Source of the DNA: a virus
Taxonomy: Duplodnaviria; Caudoviricetes
DNA: 38,361 nucleotides
Strand: one strand, 5' to 3'
IMG/VR virus record: IMGVR_UViG_3300045000_000066
Location: 1 to 38,361 of that record
Positions 34,408-38,361 of this stretch are shown piece after piece (the first letter of the stretch is position 1; each line of letters opens with the position of its first letter). Position numbers and translations under genes: made by a program. A model generated the notes under the pieces. It had not been told where the DNA came from and did not search any database. It worked only from the letters and a program-made list of their open reading frames with translations.

Positions 34408-36204
34408 ATGACCATCGCCTACCGGGCCACCGGGTCGATCACCTCCACCGGCGCGGCCAACCCGGCCACCTCCCCGGGCATGCCCGCCGGGCTGGTGGAC
34501 GGCGACCTGATGGTCTTGGTCGTCCTGACCCGGCTGGCCTCGCCGCCCACCCTCACCACCCCGTCCGGCTGGACCTTCCTGGACAGCAGTCTGGGGGGCA
34601 ACGGCGCGGAGGGTGCCGACTCGGGCAACGTCCTGGTCACCGTGTGCTGGCGGGTGTTCGTCACCGGGGACGCCGCGCCCGCCCTCAACCTGTCGGCCGT
34701 GCCCAGCACGACGCAGGCCGCGATCTTCAGCTTCTCCAAGGCGTCCACGGAGACCTGGGACCTCGCGTCCGCCACGTCCAACACCACCGTCGGCAACCAG
34801 TCCACCTACGACCCGGCGCCCGCCGCGACCACCCTCGCGCTGGCGGCGGGTGACTGGCTGTTCGCGGGCGACGGGCTCAACGGCGACATCGGCACGCCCA
34901 CCGTCCCCGGCACCCTGGCCGTGTCCGGCGTGACCTTCACCGGGCTGACCAGCCGGGCCAACACCCCCAACGGACTGGGCAACGACTCCCGGCTGCTCTC
35001 CGCCACGGAGGCGTACAGCTCCGGCACAGCGGCCGGTGGGCCAGACCGCGCGGTCGCTTTCTCGGTGCTCGCCACCACCACCACCGCCGGTGCCTCGGTG
35101 TTCGCCCGGCTCCGGGTCACCACCGCCACGGCCATCTCCGCTCTCGCGGACGTCGCCTCCGCCACCGGCACAGCGACCGATGCGGTCACGGACGTCGGCT
35201 CGCTACCCGACACCCCGTCAGCTGTTGGGGTAGCCTTCGATGCGGCCGTGGCGTTCTCCGCGAACGCCGATGTAGCTGTCGTGGCTGGTACCGCTTACGA
35301 CGCCACGGTCTCCCTCGCCGTCCTCCCTGACGCTCCGTCCGCAGCCGGGTCCGCCCCGGACGCCACGGCCACGACCTCCGCCGGGATCACGGCCGCGCCG
35401 GGCCTCGCCTCCGCCACCGGGTCCGCGAGCGATGCGAGCACCCCCGCAGTCTTCGACGTGGGGACCGCGTCCGGGGCAGGTACCGCTAGCGACACCTCCG
35501 TGGCGCTAGGCGCTCTACCGGATACCCCGGTGACCGCCGGGTCAGCCATGGACGCGGTAGGCGCTCTCGCGGCAACCTCCGGCCTCGCCACGGCGGCCGG
35601 TGTCGCGTCCGACCCTATGACCGCCGTGGCTGCCCTGCCGGGCGCTCCGCAGGCTACCGGATCAGCCCCCGACGCCGTGGCCACAACCTCCGCCGGGATC
35701 ATCGCGTTCGCAGACCTCGCCTCCGCCTCCGGCGCGGTGCTCGACACTATCGTCAGTCTGACGGTTACATCGAGCGAAGCGACCGCAGCCGGACAAGCCC
35801 CGGACATGTCCGCCGTCCCGGTGGCCTCCGTGTCCGCTGTCCCGGGTACCGCGTCCGCAGCCGGACAAGCCCCGGACATGTCCGCCGTCCCGGTCGCCTC
35901 CGTGTCCGCTGTCCCGGACACCGGGTCCTCCGCCGGGCAGGCGCTGGACGCGTTCGTGTCCCTCATGGTCAGCGCTGGGTTCGCCTCCGCCGCCGGGGAC
36001 GCCTCCGGGACGAGCCTTCCACCTGTGACGTTCATTCACCTGTCCGGCCGGGAGACCGTGTCCGCCGTGTCCGGACGGGAAGCCGCCGCGCCCGTCCTGT
36101 CCGGACGCGAGCCCGGACAACTGTCCGGCCTGCGGCCGGTATCGTCTGCGGTGGGCAGAGAACCCGGACAGTCCGTGTCCGGTCAGGAGGACGGCCAGAC
36201 ATGA
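34408..36204 (+). CDS. Ala/Thr-rich repetitive minor tail or fibre-like protein
   Basis: N-terminal globular domain (GDLMVLVV), ~20-24-aa AxAxGxAxD repeats, and C-terminal SGRE repeats. Confidence 0.65.
   Translation: MTIAYRATGSITSTGAANPATSPGMPAGLVDGDLMVLVVLTRLASPPTLTTPSGWTFLDSSLGGNGAEGADSGNVLVTVCWRVFVTGDAAPALNLSAVPSTTQAAIFSFSKASTETWDLASATSNTTVGNQSTYDPAPAATTLALAAGDWLFAGDGLNGDIGTPTVPGTLAVSGVTFTGLTSRANTPNGLGNDSRLLSATEAYSSGTAAGGPDRAVAFSVLATTTTAGASVFARLRVTTATAISALADVASATGTATDAVTDVGSLPDTPSAVGVAFDAAVAFSANADVAVVAGTAYDATVSLAVLPDAPSAAGSAPDATATTSAGITAAPGLASATGSASDASTPAVFDVGTASGAGTASDTSVALGALPDTPVTAGSAMDAVGALAATSGLATAAGVASDPMTAVAALPGAPQATGSAPDAVATTSAGIIAFADLASASGAVLDTIVSLTVTSSEATAAGQAPDMSAVPVASVSAVPGTASAAGQAPDMSAVPVASVSAVPDTGSSAGQALDAFVSLMVSAGFASAAGDASGTSLPPVTFIHLSGRETVSAVSGREAAAPVLSGREPGQLSGLRPVSSAVGREPGQSVSGQEDGQT
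35783..35917 (+). repeat. In-frame tandem duplication, 72-bp period
   Basis: 35783-35845 and 35855-35917 match at 62/63 nt (AAGQAPDMSAVPVASVSAVP x2). Confidence 0.85.
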
Positions 36205-36542
36205 GCAGCCCGGACAGCGTGACCATCGGTCCGTACGTGGTCGGCGAGAAGCCCTCCCCTCTGACCTACACCTTCCTCGACTCGGCCGGGGTGGCGATCA
36301 ACCTCACCGGCTTCACCGCGAAGTTCGCCGTCCGGGAGCAGTTCGGCACGGCCACGACCTTCAACGCCACGGTGAGCACGCCCGCTTCGGGCATCACCTC
36401 CTACACCTGGGCCGGTACGGAGTTCCCGACACCCGGGAGCTACCAGGCCGAAATGTGGGTCGGCAACGGGGTCCTGCGGTACGACTCCATCCTGATCAAG
36501 TTCACCGTCCGGGCGTCCGTCGGTCCGGTCCCGGCCATCTGA
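36201..36542 (+). CDS. BppU N-terminal-like (baseplate upper) domain protein
   Basis: DSAGVAINLTG...GITSYTW...PGSYQAEMWV pattern. AGGAGG RBS. Confidence 0.55.
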   Translation: MSSPDSVTIGPYVVGEKPSPLTYTFLDSAGVAINLTGFTAKFAVREQFGTATTFNATVSTPASGITSYTWAGTEFPTPGSYQAEMWVGNGVLRYDSILIKFTVRASVGPVPAI

Positions 36543-36549
36543 GGGGATC

Positions 36550-37356
36550 ATGACCAACAACTTCGGCCCGTGCGCATCGTGGACCCCGATCTGGTCCTGT
36601 GATGTCTCCGCCAAGTCGCCCACCGCCACCGGCTACGCGGCGGCCGCTGCCACGGAGATCGTCTGGGCCCTCACCGGCCGCCAGTACGGCACCTGCACCG
36701 TCACCCTCCGGCCGTGCGGCAAGGACTGCTTCGGAGACTCCTGGTGGTCCATGTACGGCCAGCCGTGGGCGCCCGGGTACCTGGGCACCGGCTACTCCTA
36801 CGCGGGCCTGGGCACCGGCTTCTGGTTCCCCCTCGGCTGCGGCAGCTGCGCCGGTGGCTGCTCCTGCGCGGAGATCTCGGAGGTCGTGCTGCCCGCGCCG
36901 GTGAGCTCGATCGTCTCCGTCAAGATGGACGGCACCCCGATGGCCACCGGCTCGTACCGGGTGGACAACAACCGGCTGCTGGTGCGCACCGACGGCCAGC
37001 GCTGGCCGCGCTGCAACAACCTCGCCCTGAACGACACCCAGGCGGGCACCTGGTCGGTCACCGCGATCTACGGCCAGGAGGTCCCGGTCTCCGGCCAGCT
37101 GGCCGTGGGCGAGATGGCCTGCGAGATCCTGCGCGCGATGGACGGCCAGGACTGCCGACTCCCGGCCGGGGTGCAGCAGCTCGTCCGGCAGGGCGTGACG
37201 ATCAACTTCCCGGACGCCGGAACCCTGATCAAGGACGGCATCACCGGGCTCTACCTGGTGGACCAGTTCGTGGCAGTGGCCAACCCCCACCGGCTGCAAC
37301 GCCGGTCCCGCACCTACAGCGTGGACCGCCCTACGCCCCGGAGGGCCGGAACGTGA
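36550..37356 (+). CDS. Head-to-tail adaptor
   Basis: ATEIVWALTGRQYGTC...RPC...GEMACE...CRLP...RQGVT, cluster-B-type. Confidence 0.7.
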   Translation: MTNNFGPCASWTPIWSCDVSAKSPTATGYAAAAATEIVWALTGRQYGTCTVTLRPCGKDCFGDSWWSMYGQPWAPGYLGTGYSYAGLGTGFWFPLGCGSCAGGCSCAEISEVVLPAPVSSIVSVKMDGTPMATGSYRVDNNRLLVRTDGQRWPRCNNLALNDTQAGTWSVTAIYGQEVPVSGQLAVGEMACEILRAMDGQDCRLPAGVQQLVRQGVTINFPDAGTLIKDGITGLYLVDQFVAVANPHRLQRRSRTYSVDRPTPRRAGT

Positions 37357-38361
37357 GCACCCCCACTGAAGTACCCAGCTGGTCCCAGTTCGACGCCCTG
37401 AGCACCACCGTGGGCGCCCTCTCGGCCACCGTCTCCGGCCACGGGGACAGCCTCGCCACCCTGGCCGCTGCGATCATCGACGACGCAGCCGTGCTGGACC
37501 AGACGATCACCACCCTGACCGGGATGGCTGGCGCGGTCGACGACCTCACCGGACGGGTCGCCGCGCTGGAGCGGGCGGCCGCTCCCTCCGGCTCGCGGCC
37601 GTGGGAGATCGTGGTCCAGGGCTACACGGACGCCGACGTGCAGGCAGCGGTCGCACTCGCGCTGTCCGGCCGCATCGGCAACGCGGTCCAGCGCAAGGTG
37701 GTCTTCCCGCCGGGCGTCTACAACCTCACCCAGCCCGTGATCGACAGCGCCACCGACAACCACACCATGATCGAGGGCCTGGTCCTGGAGGGCATGGGCT
37801 TCCGCTCCACCGTGATCAACTGGAACCCGGCCACCCCTGGCCCGATGATCCGCGCGTACCGGCGGCTGCGGTTCTTCCGCATGGAGGGCTTCACCGTCTC
37901 CTCCTCCAACGCGGGCAACGAGTTCGCCTACCTGGTGAGCGACACCTCCGGCGGCTACAACCAAGCGTGGACCTTCCGGCACATGGAATGGCAGGGCAGC
38001 TGGCTGCGGGTGGTCGGGCTGGACGGCGGATCCACCGCGAACCTCAACAGCGAAATGCTCTTCGACCGCTGCTCGACCGCGAGCAACAGCGTCTACGCCG
38101 ATGCGTTCTTCCGGTCCGGCGGGATCAGCGGCACCTTCAACCAGCAGAACCAGTTCCTCAACTACACCATCCGCGACTGCTTCATGACCGTGAAGTCCGG
38201 GACCGTCTGGCGGTTCGACAAGGGCGGCTCGATCACCGTGCAAGGCGGTAGCTGGTCGTGCGCCAACAGCACCGACGGGCCGGTCACCTGGTTCTCGATG
38301 CCGGTCTCCAACAGCAACAACCGCTCCGCCTGCCAGCTGCACGTGGACCGGGTCCGCTTCG
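37353..38361 (+). CDS. Tail fibre/tailspike with coiled coil and pectate-lyase-3-like beta-helix (runs off the right edge)
   Basis: Manual translation from GTG 37353: ...LTGRVAALE...DADVQAAV...KVVFPPGVYNLTQP...LVLEGMGFRSTVI. Open to the window end. Confidence 0.7.
   Translation, partial: MSTPTEVPSWSQFDALSTTVGALSATVSGHGDSLATLAAAIIDDAAVLDQTITTLTGMAGAVDDLTGRVAALERAAAPSGSRPWEIVVQGYTDADVQAAVALALSGRIGNAVQRKVVFPPGVYNLTQPVIDSATDNHTMIEGLVLEGMGFRSTVINWNPATPGPMIRAYRRLRFFRMEGFTVSSSNAGNEFAYLVSDTSGGYNQAWTFRHMEWQGSWLRVVGLDGGSTANLNSEMLFDRCSTASNSVYADAFFRSGGISGTFNQQNQFLNYTIRDCFMTVKSGTVWRFDKGGSITVQGGSWSCANSTDGPVTWFSMPVSNSNNRSACQLHVDRVRF

Overview
A high-GC actinobacteriophage or prophage segment, probably Streptomyces-type. 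Its structural genes resemble those of the mycobacteriophage cluster-B/Rosebush group; no integrase or att site lies in the window. Left part (1-13.4 kb) is the replication/recombination module: ParB-like proteins, an RHH regulator, RuvC, an SSB-like protein, a Zn-finger PD-(D/E)XK exonuclease, an SF2 helicase, a MazG-like protein, and one 1430-aa primase-SF3 helicase-family A polymerase with an origin-like inverted repeat in its linker. The middle part (14.3-18.2 kb) is a compact, translationally coupled DNA-modification operon: ParB-like protein, amino acid:DNA transferase, FAD oxidoreductase, P-loop kinase and TET/JBP dioxygenase. It sits directly before TerS and predicts post-replicative thymine hypermodification. 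Next come a secreted Rpf-NlpC/P60-LysM hydrolase, an RmlB-like dehydratase, HNH, TerL, holin, portal, a 2H-phosphoesterase-MuF-protease fusion, two capsid proteins and tail genes. Non-coding highlights: a ~390-nt structured RNA candidate containing a tRNA-like cloverleaf, a candidate -1 frameshift that gives the SSB a host-like DEPPF tail, and a ~200-bp element present twice with covarying hairpins. All family assignments come from motif recognition by eye; no searches were run.
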